64,000 bases of DNA from Alkalispirochaeta sp. (GCA_965601925.1 OZ271854.1:1568001-1632000), one strand, 5' to 3'. Shown: positions 1 through 10,485, counted from the stretch's first letter. Made by a program: numbers and translations. Notes: a model not told the origin generated them from the sequence alone.

Positions 1-1
1 G

Positions 2-1177
2 AAGCAGGAAGACGACGGTGCGATCCGCCTCGAATACTCTCTTGACACCGGACAGCCGATTTTTTCGGAGGATAACCCCGCTGGTGTCGCGCCCCCGCTG
101 TTAGCGTGGGCGGAGTACAACATGTATCACAAGGTGGGCAACAAAAAGCGCATCAAAGAGGTCATGGCGGTGCTCGAACGGTATGTACAATGGCTGGAGA
201 ACACCTTCAAGGACGACACCGGCCTGTATCACGTACCGATCTCGGCGACCGGGATGCTCAATGCGCCGCGCGAAACCGCGTACTATCCCGTGGACTTCAA
301 CATCCAAGTAGCGCTCAACGCCTCGTGCATGGCGAAACTGGGCCACGTACTCAACGATAAGGACATCGAGTTTCGCTACCGTCGACAGTACTTCTCGCTC
401 AAGACGAGAATCAATCAGCTCATGTGGAACGACGAAGCCGGGTTCTATTTCGACTTGGACAAGAATCGAGAGCAGGTGCCGGTGAAGACCGTCGCGACGT
501 TTTGGGCTCTTTTGACCGACATCCCCAACGAGGCGCGCTCCAGTCGCTTGATTGAGCATCTCAAGGATCCGGAAAGCTTCGGCACCGAGAATCCCTTTCC
601 CTCTTTAGCGGTAAACGAGCCGGCGTTCTCGGAGGCGGGAGAGGGATGGCGCGGGTCGGTTTTCCCTCAGTACACGTTTATCATTATCAAAGGACTGGAA
701 AAGCAGCACCAATGGGAGTTGGCGCGGGAATACGCGATACGCCATCTCTACTACATGCTCGATACGCTGCACCCGGAGGGAAACAAGCGGGGTAACGTGT
801 GGGAGGCGTATCGTCCCACCCGGGACGGTGAAGCGCAATGGGAGGGTAATCCCGACTTTCCGCGGCCGATGCACCTTCCGGCCGTCGGGCTCTCGACGAT
901 TGCCCTTATGATCGAGAATGTGGTCGGGCTCGAGGTAAGCTTGCCGCGAAAAACGGTTCGCTGGATCGTGCCGACTTTGGAAATCATGGGTATCGAGAAT
1001 CTCAACCTACGGCGCAATACCATCACGATTCTCAGTCAAAAGAGCGGTCGCGGCTGGGAGATACGACACGAATCGGAGAAGTTGTACTATTTCACGCTCG
1101 ATCTTCTGAGCCAAAAAAAGGAAAAAACGCTGCCGATTCCCTCGGGAAAGTGCTCGATGCTGGTCGATAAGCTATAA
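2..1177 (+). CDS. GH63/GH37 (MGH1/trehalase-like) alpha/alpha-barrel glycosidase-family protein, 5'-truncated by the window edge
   Basis: Frame is open from base 2. Motifs PPLLAWAE, MWNDEAGFYFDLD, FGTENPFPSLA, WRGSVFP, WEAY. Confidence 0.7.
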   Translation, partial: KQEDDGAIRLEYSLDTGQPIFSEDNPAGVAPPLLAWAEYNMYHKVGNKKRIKEVMAVLERYVQWLENTFKDDTGLYHVPISATGMLNAPRETAYYPVDFNIQVALNASCMAKLGHVLNDKDIEFRYRRQYFSLKTRINQLMWNDEAGFYFDLDKNREQVPVKTVATFWALLTDIPNEARSSRLIEHLKDPESFGTENPFPSLAVNEPAFSEAGEGWRGSVFPQYTFIIIKGLEKQHQWELAREYAIRHLYYMLDTLHPEGNKRGNVWEAYRPTRDGEAQWEGNPDFPRPMHLPAVGLSTIALMIENVVGLEVSLPRKTVRWIVPTLEIMGIENLNLRRNTITILSQKSGRGWEIRHESEKLYYFTLDLLSQKKEKTLPIPSGKCSMLVDKL

Positions 1178-1212
1178 AACGACACCGCATCGGACTCGTA
1201 CGCGGAGCGCGG

Positions 1213-1962
1213 CTATTCGCCGCGCTCTTTTTTTATCTTTCGCTGGAGGACTGCGATGTGCTTTGCCGGGTAGACGCCGGTCGGACACACTGCGCTACAC
1301 GCGAGATGTCGGTCGCACCCCCACACGCCCTCCTCGGTGTCGACCTGGGGCAACAGTTCCTTTGCGCGATCCGGCCGATTCTCTATCTCGCGGTTGTACG
1401 CCGCAAGCGCCGCAGGCCCCATAAATCCGCGAAGGGAGATAACCGGACATGAGGAGACACACAACCCACATTCGATGCAGTTTTCAAACCGCTCGTAGCG
1501 CTCGATCTCGGTAGGTACGAGGCTCCCTTTGTTGGCCTCACTCGGGCGAACGTAGCCGGCCGCGACGGGAAAATCGCGAAACAGCGGGGTCGGGTCGACC
1601 GCGAGATCGCCGATGTGCTTCATCGTCTGAAGCGGTCGAATCTCAACGACGGCCGTTCCATCGGTTTCCGCGGAATCTCCGAGCAGCTCCATGACGTTGG
1701 TGGTGCATGCGAGGCGGCGCTCTCCGTTTATGATCATCCCGCACGTCCCGCAGCTCCCGTGGTGGCACGAGTGACGAAACATGAGCGAGCCGTCCAGGTG
1801 GCTTTTGATCCACTCCAAGGCGTCGACAACGGTGGTATGACGCCGCACCGGTGCTTCGAACTCGCCCCACTCCTCACCGCGCTGCGACCGCTCGACGCGA
1901 AATCGCACCGTGAGGGGATCGGCGGCGGGGGTGTCGACCGATTTGTGCGAATCGCTGCTCAT
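1213..1962 (-). CDS. SdhB/FrdB-like iron-sulfur subunit
   Basis: [2Fe-2S] motif SCHHGSCGTCG...LAC, plus CIECGLCVSSCP and CDRHLACSAVCP. ATG at 1962 has a GGAGG RBS and overlaps the upstream stop (ATGA). Confidence 0.85.
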   Translation of the reverse strand: MSSDSHKSVDTPAADPLTVRFRVERSQRGEEWGEFEAPVRRHTTVVDALEWIKSHLDGSLMFRHSCHHGSCGTCGMIINGERRLACTTNVMELLGDSAETDGTAVVEIRPLQTMKHIGDLAVDPTPLFRDFPVAAGYVRPSEANKGSLVPTEIERYERFENCIECGLCVSSCPVISLRGFMGPAALAAYNREIENRPDRAKELLPQVDTEEGVWGCDRHLACSAVCPTGVYPAKHIAVLQRKIKKERGE

Positions 1963-3155
1963 AGGGATACCTCCGTGGGATGTAGGCCGGGATTGTAGTA
2001 CGCTCTGTGGGGCAAGAGCGGAAGCTCGGCGGTGCGACACCGTTCTTCTACACCGAACAGATCGCACACCAAATCGGCCGTTTTCTCTCCCATTGCGCGC
2101 AGAACCGTCGCCTTGCCGCCGATAATCGATATCAATCCCCGCACGTTGTCCGACCGACCGTGGTCGACGGCAATGAAATCGCGGCTGAGTTTGCGCCCGT
2201 CCTCGACGTTGCTCGACGCGCCGGCGAGGGGTCGGCTGGCCGACCAGGCGGCATGAAAGGGCGTCTCGGCAAACACGGGCATCATGCGGGCGGCCTTCTC
2301 GGTGAGATACGCGATATCCTCCTCCGGTACCTCGACGGTATCCGGATCGTCGGTCTTCCACTGTGTGGAGCCGATGATGGAAAGCCCTCTCTGCGGCACG
2401 ATGATGTCGCCGTCACCGGCCGGATGCAGGTGGCTGATAACCATATTGTTCAGTCGTTTCTTGACCGCGACCATGGTACCGGGAGCGGGCGTGACGGGGA
2501 TGTGGATCCCGGCAAGCTTCGCGACTTTCTCGGCCCACGCGCCGGTTGCGCTCACTACCATGTCGGCCTCGATATCGTACTCGTTGCGCGTTGCATGGTC
2601 GAGAACCCGTACACCCGTCGCGATCCCGGCTTTCGTGTGAATACCGGTTACCTCGGTGAAGGTCTTGATGGTGGCGCCGTTGGCTTTGGCCGTCGCGAAA
2701 AAATGCAACGGAAGTCGCCACGCGTCGATCGTTCCGTCGGGTACCTGCACCGCCTTTTTGATCGCGGGACTGAGATTGGGCTCCATGCGAAGCGCCGTCG
2801 CGACCGGAATCTCCCGCGCAGGGATCGTCGACTCGAGACACGCTTCGGTAAAGACGGGCGCGAACTCGACATCATCGTCGGTTACCGCGACGAAGAGGCC
2901 GTAGTTCATCTCCAGCGCGTCGGGAGCGATTTTCTGTAGAATTCGCACCTCGTCCATGCACTCCCGCGCGATCTCACGGTCACCGACGGCGTACCGTGCA
3001 CCGGAATGCAACTGCCCGTGGTGCCTCCCGGTGGTACCGCTGGTAAGCTCTCCCCGCTCCACGAGGGTAATCGTAAATCCACGAAGGGTCAGATCGTGGG
3101 CGATGGCCGCTCCGGTTCCGCCTCCGCCGATAACGACTATATGCCCGTGGGCCAT
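1959..3155 (-). CDS. FAD-dependent oxidoreductase, GlpA-like (glycerol-3-phosphate dehydrogenase subunit A family), short form
   Basis: GGGGTG FAD motif; SGTTGRHHGQLHSGARY; SRDF; IIGGKAT. 398 aa with no C-terminal Cys cluster domain. Confidence 0.8.
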   Translation of the reverse strand: MAHGHIVVIGGGGTGAAIAHDLTLRGFTITLVERGELTSGTTGRHHGQLHSGARYAVGDREIARECMDEVRILQKIAPDALEMNYGLFVAVTDDDVEFAPVFTEACLESTIPAREIPVATALRMEPNLSPAIKKAVQVPDGTIDAWRLPLHFFATAKANGATIKTFTEVTGIHTKAGIATGVRVLDHATRNEYDIEADMVVSATGAWAEKVAKLAGIHIPVTPAPGTMVAVKKRLNNMVISHLHPAGDGDIIVPQRGLSIIGSTQWKTDDPDTVEVPEEDIAYLTEKAARMMPVFAETPFHAAWSASRPLAGASSNVEDGRKLSRDFIAVDHGRSDNVRGLISIIGGKATVLRAMGEKTADLVCDLFGVEERCRTAELPLLPHRAYYNPGLHPTEVSL

Positions 3156-3204
3156 ATCGTACTCCTTCTATTCGCACCTTTCCTCGATACGGACATCAAA
3201 ACCC

Positions 3205-4194
3205 TCACGATACCGCCTCCCACGTTCCACTTTCGCCGCTTCTGAAGAGGGCGTCGAGTACCTTCTGATTGGCAAGTGCGTCGGCAGGTTCTATGGGAAC
3301 GGGGCCGCCGGTACGCACGGCTGCGGAAAACGCAACAAACTCCGCGAGATACTGGTCCGTAGGCTCGGTATGGATCGTGCGATGCCCCACACCGGTCTCG
3401 ATGTGGATCGCCAGAGGCACATCGGGATACGCGTTGAAGGGAAGCTCGACTCGGAGCGTCCCACCTGATCCGAACGCTTGTACCTTCTGTTGCGAATAGG
3501 TTTGAGTACCGACGGTAAACGTCGATTGAAGGCCGCCGAAGTCCAGAATTCCGGAAGCGAGACGGTCGGTACCGAACCGATCGTCCCAGTCCACCAGACT
3601 CACCACGCGTAGGGGCTCGCGACGTGCGAGAAATCGCGCCGATGAGACGGCGTAACAGCCGATATCGAGTATACCGCCGCCCCCCGCCTCTTTTTGGTTG
3701 CGAATGTTCTCCGCGTCTCGATTATTATAGAAGAAATGGCTTTGTATCGCCGTCACGGAACCGATCTCACCGACGGCCACTAAGTCGCGGGCGCGCACCC
3801 ACTGAGGGTGTAGGCGATACATGAAAGCCTCCATGAGGAGGACACCCTTTTTGTGCGTGTACTCGATGGCCTCGGCGGTCTCGCGGGCGTTCATGCCCAT
3901 GGGTTTCTCGCACAAGATATGCTTTCCGCGGTCGGCGGCCTTTTTTATCCACTCGAGATGCATGTGGTTGGGAAGGGGAATGTAGACCGCTTCTATGTCC
4001 GGGTCGGCCAGGAGGTCCTCGTAACTCCCGTACGAGGTGGGCATTCCGAACTCAGCGGCGGCGGCGGCGGCTCGACCCGCCGAGCGCGAGGCGATGCCGT
4101 GCATCACCAGACCCGTCGCTCTTCGTAAGGAGAGAGAACATCGCAGTCGATAATGTCCCGACACGCCGAGGACGCCCCATGTCACCGGTTTCAT
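3205..4194 (-). CDS. Gfo/Idh/MocA family oxidoreductase
   Basis: YIPLPNHMH, CEKP, EAFMYRLHPQW, GGGGILDIGCY. ATG at 4194 with AAGGAAGG RBS. Confidence 0.9.
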   Translation of the reverse strand: MKPVTWGVLGVSGHYRLRCSLSLRRATGLVMHGIASRSAGRAAAAAAEFGMPTSYGSYEDLLADPDIEAVYIPLPNHMHLEWIKKAADRGKHILCEKPMGMNARETAEAIEYTHKKGVLLMEAFMYRLHPQWVRARDLVAVGEIGSVTAIQSHFFYNNRDAENIRNQKEAGGGGILDIGCYAVSSARFLARREPLRVVSLVDWDDRFGTDRLASGILDFGGLQSTFTVGTQTYSQQKVQAFGSGGTLRVELPFNAYPDVPLAIHIETGVGHRTIHTEPTDQYLAEFVAFSAAVRTGGPVPIEPADALANQKVLDALFRSGESGTWEAVS

Positions 4195-4327
4195 GTATCT
4201 ACCTTCCTTGTTACGGTGGTGAGGTAATAAAGTAATCCCAAGCATACAGTTTAGCAACTGTAAAAATGAGGTATTACAACCGTCCATGACGCACTCCCGG
4301 GCGGCGTCGATGAGGACACGGCGGATC

Positions 4328-5449
4328 TCACCTGCGCTTTTTTCGTCGCGTCTTTTCTTTCCTGAGCCGTTTCAGCTCTCGTGCTTGAAACTCCTCTCCG
4401 AAGGGGATCCGTTTCGGATAGAACGTCTCCAACTCATCGCCCCGAATCTCCAAGCAACTGAGCCTCCCCCGCTTTTTATCCGAGATACGAGTGTCGATCA
4501 TGACGACCGTCTCTCCGTAGTAGGGGTGCGAGAGCATGATCTCTCCGGTTGCCGATGGGGAGTGACCGAGAATGAGACGCTTGACGCCGTACCGCCGTAG
4601 GAGACGATGCAGGTCGATCGCGTCGAGCGAGCGAGAGACCTCCTCCTCATCGTGCGGCCGTTTCGTTTTGAAGGAGGTGGTCCAAAGGGGACCGGCACTG
4701 GCGCTCTCCAACTCCACGTGGGGACCTACGGCAAGCCACTCGGTGTGCGGATCCGGCTGATCGTCGACACCCTGCCAGAATCGTATCCACGCGCGAATCG
4801 TCGCATTGATGCGCTTCGGGTGATACCGGAGGGCCCAACGGTTCAAACCGGCGTGGGCAAAGAGATTGCGCCCGATACGCACGAGTGCATTCCGTTCACG
4901 CAAAAACCGCGCGAACGAGGTATCTCCAATAAAGGCGGCTCGGGGCGAAGCCTTCAACGCGCCGGTGAGGGGAAACTCTCGAAAGAGTGTCTTACCGAGC
5001 CGTTTTTGATACCCCTTCGAGAAGACCCGCACGTCGTGGTTGCCGAGCACAGCGTGTACTCCCGCCCCATGGTTACGCGCGTCACCGCTGAGGCGAAGTA
5101 TGTAACGAAGGAGTACGCGCGCGTTCCTTCCACCGACGAGATCGCCGTTCAATACCACGTGCGTCCGGTCGCCGGACCAACGCCCCTTCTTGTCGATGAG
5201 GCGGCGCTCCCGGAGAATGCAAGCCAGACCGGCCAGGTCGCCGTGGATATCGCCGATGACGACGATTCGCGAGGGAACCGGTTTCACCGTCCACGGGATG
5301 CCGTCCCGCTCGAGCGATATGAGACGCCCCCCAACCCGTTCGCGTCTTTCGAACCAACCGATCACGTCGTATCTCTCTACATACCAGATTATACAACGGT
5401 GCGTGGAAAAAGCTTGTACAGAGCGCCTTGATGAAGTAAGAGCGCCCAT
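4328..5449 (-). CDS. Calcineurin-like metallophosphoesterase (Shewanella-like phosphatase type); start uncertain, possibly GTG 5365
   Basis: GDIHGD, GDLV, GNHD, HAG, GHS, IDT motifs. Confidence 0.75.
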   Translation of the reverse strand: MGALTSSRRSVQAFSTHRCIIWYVERYDVIGWFERRERVGGRLISLERDGIPWTVKPVPSRIVVIGDIHGDLAGLACILRERRLIDKKGRWSGDRTHVVLNGDLVGGRNARVLLRYILRLSGDARNHGAGVHAVLGNHDVRVFSKGYQKRLGKTLFREFPLTGALKASPRAAFIGDTSFARFLRERNALVRIGRNLFAHAGLNRWALRYHPKRINATIRAWIRFWQGVDDQPDPHTEWLAVGPHVELESASAGPLWTTSFKTKRPHDEEEVSRSLDAIDLHRLLRRYGVKRLILGHSPSATGEIMLSHPYYGETVVMIDTRISDKKRGRLSCLEIRGDELETFYPKRIPFGEEFQARELKRLRKEKTRRKKRR

Positions 5450-5463
5450 GAAGCCTCAAACGG

Positions 5464-6321
5464 CTAATGCGAACGCGTGATAATTCGTCGGAGATCGTCA
5501 GGCGAACCGTACTCGCCGACGAACCACTCGATGAGAGTCCGGGCAACGCTATAGCGCCCCGGTATCTCGTCGGGGATATCCTCGGGCGCGAACCACCCGA
5601 TCTCATCGATTTCGTCTCGATCGGGCCGCACCGTTCCACCCGCATATGCGGCGGTAAAGGCGACCATCAAAGAGTTGGGAAAGGGCCAAGGCTGGCTCGA
5701 AAAATACTCGACGTTGCTGAGGAGTACGCCGGACTCCTCAAATACTTCCCGACTCACGGCGTGTTCGAGCGTCTCTCCCACTTCGACAAATCCGGCGAGT
5801 ACGCTGAACATCCGTCCGGGGTGGCGTCGATTGTGCGCCAACAGAAGCGTTCCGTCCTTCACGACCGCCATGATCACCGCCGGCGCGATCTGCGGGTAGT
5901 AGCGACTATTGCACGCCGGGCAAACCTTGGCGATCTCCTCGTTATCGCGCTCGGTCGGTTCGCCGCACTGCCCGCAATAACGCGTCCTACGGTCCCAGTC
6001 GGCGATATGAAAGGCGCGATTCATGCCCCAGAAATCGTCCAACTCCAATAGATCGATCGCCTCGCGCCGGCTGACGACCTCGAGCGACGCCTCGTCATCC
6101 GATCGATCGCTCGTCGGCAAATCCTTTGTGACGTGAGAATCGAGAAACGAGCCGCTCACCGTCTCGCCGTCCCACGACGGCTCGATCGCCCCGTCAACCC
6201 CGAATCGCGCGAGGTCCTCTCGCGACGGGAGTGCGTAACGTCTGCGGCCCGCATCGTTTATTTCGGCGGGCAAGCGGTAGAGAACGACGGATTTCGAGTC
6301 GGGGAAGATCGCGAAGACCAT
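5464..6321 (-). CDS. nudC: NAD(+)/NADH diphosphatase
   Basis: Zn ribbon CGQCG...CPAC, Nudix box GFVEVGETLEHAVSREVFEESG, SQPWPFPNS signature. Confidence 0.93.
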   Translation of the reverse strand: MVFAIFPDSKSVVLYRLPAEINDAGRRRYALPSREDLARFGVDGAIEPSWDGETVSGSFLDSHVTKDLPTSDRSDDEASLEVVSRREAIDLLELDDFWGMNRAFHIADWDRRTRYCGQCGEPTERDNEEIAKVCPACNSRYYPQIAPAVIMAVVKDGTLLLAHNRRHPGRMFSVLAGFVEVGETLEHAVSREVFEESGVLLSNVEYFSSQPWPFPNSLMVAFTAAYAGGTVRPDRDEIDEIGWFAPEDIPDEIPGRYSVARTLIEWFVGEYGSPDDLRRIITRSH

Positions 6322-7133
6322 CAGCGCACGGAGACGTTCCGGAGTATCCGGTCGAGCAGCCCGGGCGCGAAACGCGACAGAAAAAGCATTACCTTCAGTC
6401 GCGCCGTCATACCGGTTGTGATACGCGTTCGACGCCGACAGAGGCCGCGTACAATATCGCGCGCCGCCCGGTCCGACGAGATACCGTTCGCTTGATTGGG
6501 ATCCATCGCGGAGTTTGCCGATCCATCCTCCGTAAGAGCGTTCAACGACACGGCGGTTCTGACAAAACCGGGAATGACGACGCTCACGAGAACACCGCTA
6601 TCGGCAAGCTCGTTGGCGAGGGTACCGAAAAACGCGAGCTGAGACGCTTTGGCGGCGTTGTATCCGCTGCGAAGCGGTACCGGAACGAGGCCAGCAACGC
6701 TCGATACCGCCACGATGCAGCCGCTTCGCGCGGTAAGCATCGCCGGCAACACGGCCTTGGTAAACTCCACCGCGGCGAGATAGTCGACCTCCATGAGCGT
6801 TCGATCAATGGAAACCGCGGTCTGCGCCGCGTATCCGCGCTGACTCACTCCGGCGTTGTTTATCAATACGTCCGGCGTCAACTCGCCGCGACGAATCATG
6901 CGGACAACTCCATCACGCTCGTTCGCGTTCGCCATATCGAAGGCCACGGTCTCGACGACGGCTCCCGCGGCCCGACAGTCTTCGGCCACCTCACCGAGCC
7001 GCTCACGAGAGCGCCCGGAAAGATAGAGGACTCGCCCCGGTGTCGCGATGAGTCGGGCGAGCGCCGCGCCGATTCCCGAACTCGCGCCGGTGATCCAGTA
7101 GGACCGCCAGGGCAATACATCGCGTTTCGCCAC
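6321..7133 (-). CDS. Short-chain dehydrogenase/reductase
   Basis: ITGASSGIG, NNAG, YNAAK. GTG start chosen at 7133. Confidence 0.88.
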   Translation of the reverse strand: MAKRDVLPWRSYWITGASSGIGAALARLIATPGRVLYLSGRSRERLGEVAEDCRAAGAVVETVAFDMANANERDGVVRMIRRGELTPDVLINNAGVSQRGYAAQTAVSIDRTLMEVDYLAAVEFTKAVLPAMLTARSGCIVAVSSVAGLVPVPLRSGYNAAKASQLAFFGTLANELADSGVLVSVVIPGFVRTAVSLNALTEDGSANSAMDPNQANGISSDRAARDIVRGLCRRRTRITTGMTARLKVMLFLSRFAPGLLDRILRNVSVR

Positions 7134-7137
7134 TCCG

Positions 7138-7647
7138 TCAGTCCGTATCGCCGGCCCCGAAGACCAGCCGCAACACGATGCGAACGATGAGAAACACCGC
7201 GAGCGCCGCGACACCGACGCCTACGAGTTCGGGACCCGGCACGAACGAGAGGCCGGAAAAGAGTAAGAACCCCCCCGCCGCCCAGCCGGCGATCCACGAC
7301 AGAAGTAATACAAACGGACTGCGGACCGAACGAATTTTGGAGAAATCGACCGCTCGTTTTACGACGAGCAGCGTAAAGAGCCAACTACCGACGAAGGCGC
7401 CGAGCGGCACGATAGGCACAGCGGCATCGTCGATCACTCCCCCGTCGAGAATGTGCAGCACCACCAGAGCCCCGGCTGCAGAGACCAAAAAAGTGGTGAG
7501 GTGAATAACGAGCGCGTAGATATGCCGCCATGGTGCGCGTCGCCCATCGTAGACACCGTGGATGAAACTAACGGCAAATATCGCGAACGGAAGCGCGATA
7601 AGTGCGGGTATGACAATCTGCCGATGCGACGACAGGAAGACAAACAT
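7138..7647 (-). CDS. Hypothetical integral membrane protein (~5 TM)
   Basis: Several hydrophobic segments; packed directly upstream of the SDR and nudC genes; start uncertain. Confidence 0.6.
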   Translation of the reverse strand: MFVFLSSHRQIVIPALIALPFAIFAVSFIHGVYDGRRAPWRHIYALVIHLTTFLVSAAGALVVLHILDGGVIDDAAVPIVPLGAFVGSWLFTLLVVKRAVDFSKIRSVRSPFVLLLSWIAGWAAGGFLLFSGLSFVPGPELVGVGVAALAVFLIVRIVLRLVFGAGDTD

Positions 7648-7708
7648 GGCTTCTTTGGTCATGATGACATTTATCATTGTATAACGAGAGGGAGAGGGCA
7701 AGCAACGA

Positions 7709-8653
7709 GTGAACGCACAGACTCTCGGCCAAGTGGCGGCATTGGGAACGGCGATCTGTTGGGCCGTCACGAGCCTCTCGTTCGAGGCGGCCGGACGACG
7801 CGTGGGTTCGCTTTCGGTGAACATCATTCGACTGTTCTTCGCCCTTCTGATGTTCGCTGTGTACGGCCTTGCGGTTCACGGCGCACCGTTTCCGGTGGAC
7901 GCCGGAAGGCACGTGTGGATATGGCTCTCCCTCTCGGGTCTCGTCGGCTTCGTGATGGGCGATCTGTTTCTCTTTCAGGCCTTCGTGGATGTCGGGGCGC
8001 GCACCGCGATGCTCATCTACTCACTGGTGCCGCCGATGACGGCCGTCGTCGGTCGGTTGGTCCTCGACGAGCGCCTTACGCCCATGCAACTCCTCGCGAT
8101 GGGACTTACCGTGTGCGGTGTCGTGATCGTCACGACGAGACGCACGTCGGAGGACGGCGGAGCGGCGGCGGCCGCGTACTCCGAGGGTAGGCCCCACGAG
8201 GTCAAGACGGCGAGTCGTCCCCACGTAGTGCGCGGGATCTGGTTCGCGATACTTGGTGCACTCGGTCAAGCACTCGGCCTCGTCTTGAGCCGTTACGGTG
8301 CACCGGAGTACGATCCGTTCGCCGCGACACAGATTCGCACCCTGGTTGGGCTCGCCGGGTTCTCCGTACTGTTCCTCGTTACGCACCGTTGGGGGTCGGT
8401 CGCCTCGGCGCTGCGCGATGTTCGTGCAATGCGACACATCGCACGCGGCTCCTTGTTCGGGCCCTTTCTGGGGGTTTCGTTGGGACTGGCGGCCGCCCAG
8501 CGCGCCGGAACGGGTATCGCGTCGACGATTATCGCGACCGTCCCGGTCATCCTCATTCCCGTATCGGTCTTCGTCTTCAAAGAGCGGATATCGGCCCGAG
8601 AAGTGGTCGGTGCGTGCCTGGCGGTGGGAGGCGTCGCGCTCTTCTTTCGATAA
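7709..8653 (+). CDS. DMT/EamA family transporter
   Basis: Two repeated 5-TM halves, LSGLVGFVMGDLFLF, FKERISAREVVG. GGAG RBS before GTG. Confidence 0.88.
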   Translation: MNAQTLGQVAALGTAICWAVTSLSFEAAGRRVGSLSVNIIRLFFALLMFAVYGLAVHGAPFPVDAGRHVWIWLSLSGLVGFVMGDLFLFQAFVDVGARTAMLIYSLVPPMTAVVGRLVLDERLTPMQLLAMGLTVCGVVIVTTRRTSEDGGAAAAAYSEGRPHEVKTASRPHVVRGIWFAILGALGQALGLVLSRYGAPEYDPFAATQIRTLVGLAGFSVLFLVTHRWGSVASALRDVRAMRHIARGSLFGPFLGVSLGLAAAQRAGTGIASTIIATVPVILIPVSVFVFKERISAREVVGACLAVGGVALFFR

Positions 8654-8666
8654 GTGGGGGCGAGTG

Positions 8667-9398
8667 TTATTCCACGCTCGTTCCCTGCGACTCGCTTAGG
8701 CGTGTCGTCTCGAGCGCCAACTCGACCATCTCGTGAAAGCTCGTCTGCCGTTCCTCGCTGGTAAGCTCCTCGCCGGTGACTAAGCTGTCGCTCACGGTGA
8801 GAATCGTCAATGCATCAACCCCATATTTGGCCGCCAGGGTGTAAAGTTGGTTCGTCTCCATCTCGACCGCCAGCACGCCGAACTCGGCCCAGAGCTTCCA
8901 AACGTCCGGATCGTCTTGATAAAACGTATCGCTCGACAGAACTCCTCCGGCGTGGGGAGCGAGGCCCTGTTCCTCGGCGACGGTCATCGCGCGGCGAAAG
9001 AGGTTCCAACTCGCGGTGGGCGCGTAATCCATCCCGCGAAAGCGCAGCCGATTCATTGCACTGTCGGTCGAGGCGGTCATCGCAAGAACCACGTCTCGGA
9101 CCGCGACCTCCGCCTGGATCGAACCGCACGAACCGATTCGAATGAGGCGCTCGGCGCCGTACGAGTTGATGAGTTCATTCACGTATATCGCAAGGCTCGG
9201 CATCCCCATTCCCGATCCCTGGACCGAAACGCGCGTGCCCTTCCAAGTTCCGGTAAACCCGAGCATACCGCGCACCTCATTGTAGATTTCCACGTCGGTA
9301 AGATAGTTTTCGGCGACAAACTGCGCGCGCAAGGGATCTCCGGGCAATAATACCGTCGATGCAACGGCCCGATCGTCGGCTCCGATATGTACGCTCAT
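8667..9398 (-). CDS. deoD: Purine-nucleoside phosphorylase
   Basis: [43 protein letters not shown]. Confidence 0.95.
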   Translation of the reverse strand: MSVHIGADDRAVASTVLLPGDPLRAQFVAENYLTDVEIYNEVRGMLGFTGTWKGTRVSVQGSGMGMPSLAIYVNELINSYGAERLIRIGSCGSIQAEVAVRDVVLAMTASTDSAMNRLRFRGMDYAPTASWNLFRRAMTVAEEQGLAPHAGGVLSSDTFYQDDPDVWKLWAEFGVLAVEMETNQLYTLAAKYGVDALTILTVSDSLVTGEELTSEERQTSFHEMVELALETTRLSESQGTSVE

Positions 9399-9477
9399 CG
9401 TTCCTCCTCTGTCGGTTCCGAGGCGGTGGTCCGCTCGGATGATGGTATCACACGCCGTCGACGCCGCACCGCCGGAC

Positions 9478-10485
9478 TCATCCGACGGCGTCGCGCAACC
9501 GCCGGCGAAGATCTCCAAGCTCAGCGGACCGGTCGGGGTGCGCTCGTTCCGTGCGGTCCACCGCCGCGTCGAGACCCTCCGCGGTATAGCGGTTGCCGGG
9601 TAACGACGTCTGCAGAGTCTCGATCATATCGCCCGCCGCGGCGTCGGAGAAGACGCGAGCGCTGATGATCACTCCGCGATGGACATCCAGGTGAATATCG
9701 ACTCCTCCCCAATCGAAGCGCGTCTCGACGTGGTGCGAGAAATCGGGGGTGTTGCCGAAACGCCACTCCCAGTCCGCCATCTTCTCGTAATACGCCGCGA
9801 GCGAGGGAATCCGGGCGAGAGCATCGGCGTCGAGGGTCTCCGGCTCACATCGCGTCCGGTAGTGCTCGAAAAAGCTCTCCATAATCGCCTCGCACACCAT
9901 CTTATGGGTGAGTTCCGGCACGAACTCCGTGAGATTGGCGACTCGCGAGCGGACCGACTTGATGCCCTTGCCGACCAGCTTCTTTTTGTAGGGTGCCAGA
10001 TAATCTCGCAGTCGCCCGAGGTCGGCGTGTACGAGAAGGGTTCCGTGGTGAAAACTCCGCTCCTTGGTATGCTTGAACGCATTTCCCGAAACCTTACGTC
10101 CCCCGACCAGTATGTCGTTGCGCCCGGATCGCTCGGCGCGAACACCGAACCGCGCGAGGGCGGCGATAACGATCTCGAAGTTCGAATCCTGACTATAGGT
10201 GCTACTCGGTGAAAGGAAGGTGAAGTTGGTATTTCCCAGATCGTGAAAAACCGCACCGCCGCCGCTCTGACGGCGTGCAAGCGTCACATGATCCTCTTCC
10301 ATCTTATCGACTTTGCACTCTACCCACGGATTTTGGTGACGGCCGATGACGACGGTATCGGTGTTGCGCCATAGAAAGAGCGTATGTGTGTCGGGATCGA
10401 GCTCTCGAAATATCCAATCCTCGATCGCAAGGTTGAACCACGGATCGGTTGTATCCGATATCAGGACACGAACGCGCCTTGCCAT
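9478..10485 (-). CDS. lplA: Lipoate-protein ligase A
   Basis: [49 protein letters not shown]. Confidence 0.93.
   Translation of the reverse strand: MARRVRVLISDTTDPWFNLAIEDWIFRELDPDTHTLFLWRNTDTVVIGRHQNPWVECKVDKMEEDHVTLARRQSGGGAVFHDLGNTNFTFLSPSSTYSQDSNFEIVIAALARFGVRAERSGRNDILVGGRKVSGNAFKHTKERSFHHGTLLVHADLGRLRDYLAPYKKKLVGKGIKSVRSRVANLTEFVPELTHKMVCEAIMESFFEHYRTRCEPETLDADALARIPSLAAYYEKMADWEWRFGNTPDFSHHVETRFDWGGVDIHLDVHRGVIISARVFSDAAAGDMIETLQTSLPGNRYTAEGLDAAVDRTERAHPDRSAELGDLRRRLRDAVG

Noticed and set aside
1213..1962. Complete succinate dehydrogenase operon
   Set aside because: No SdhA-type flavoprotein or membrane anchor is adjacent. The 382-aa ORF-track N-terminus is an overlap artefact.
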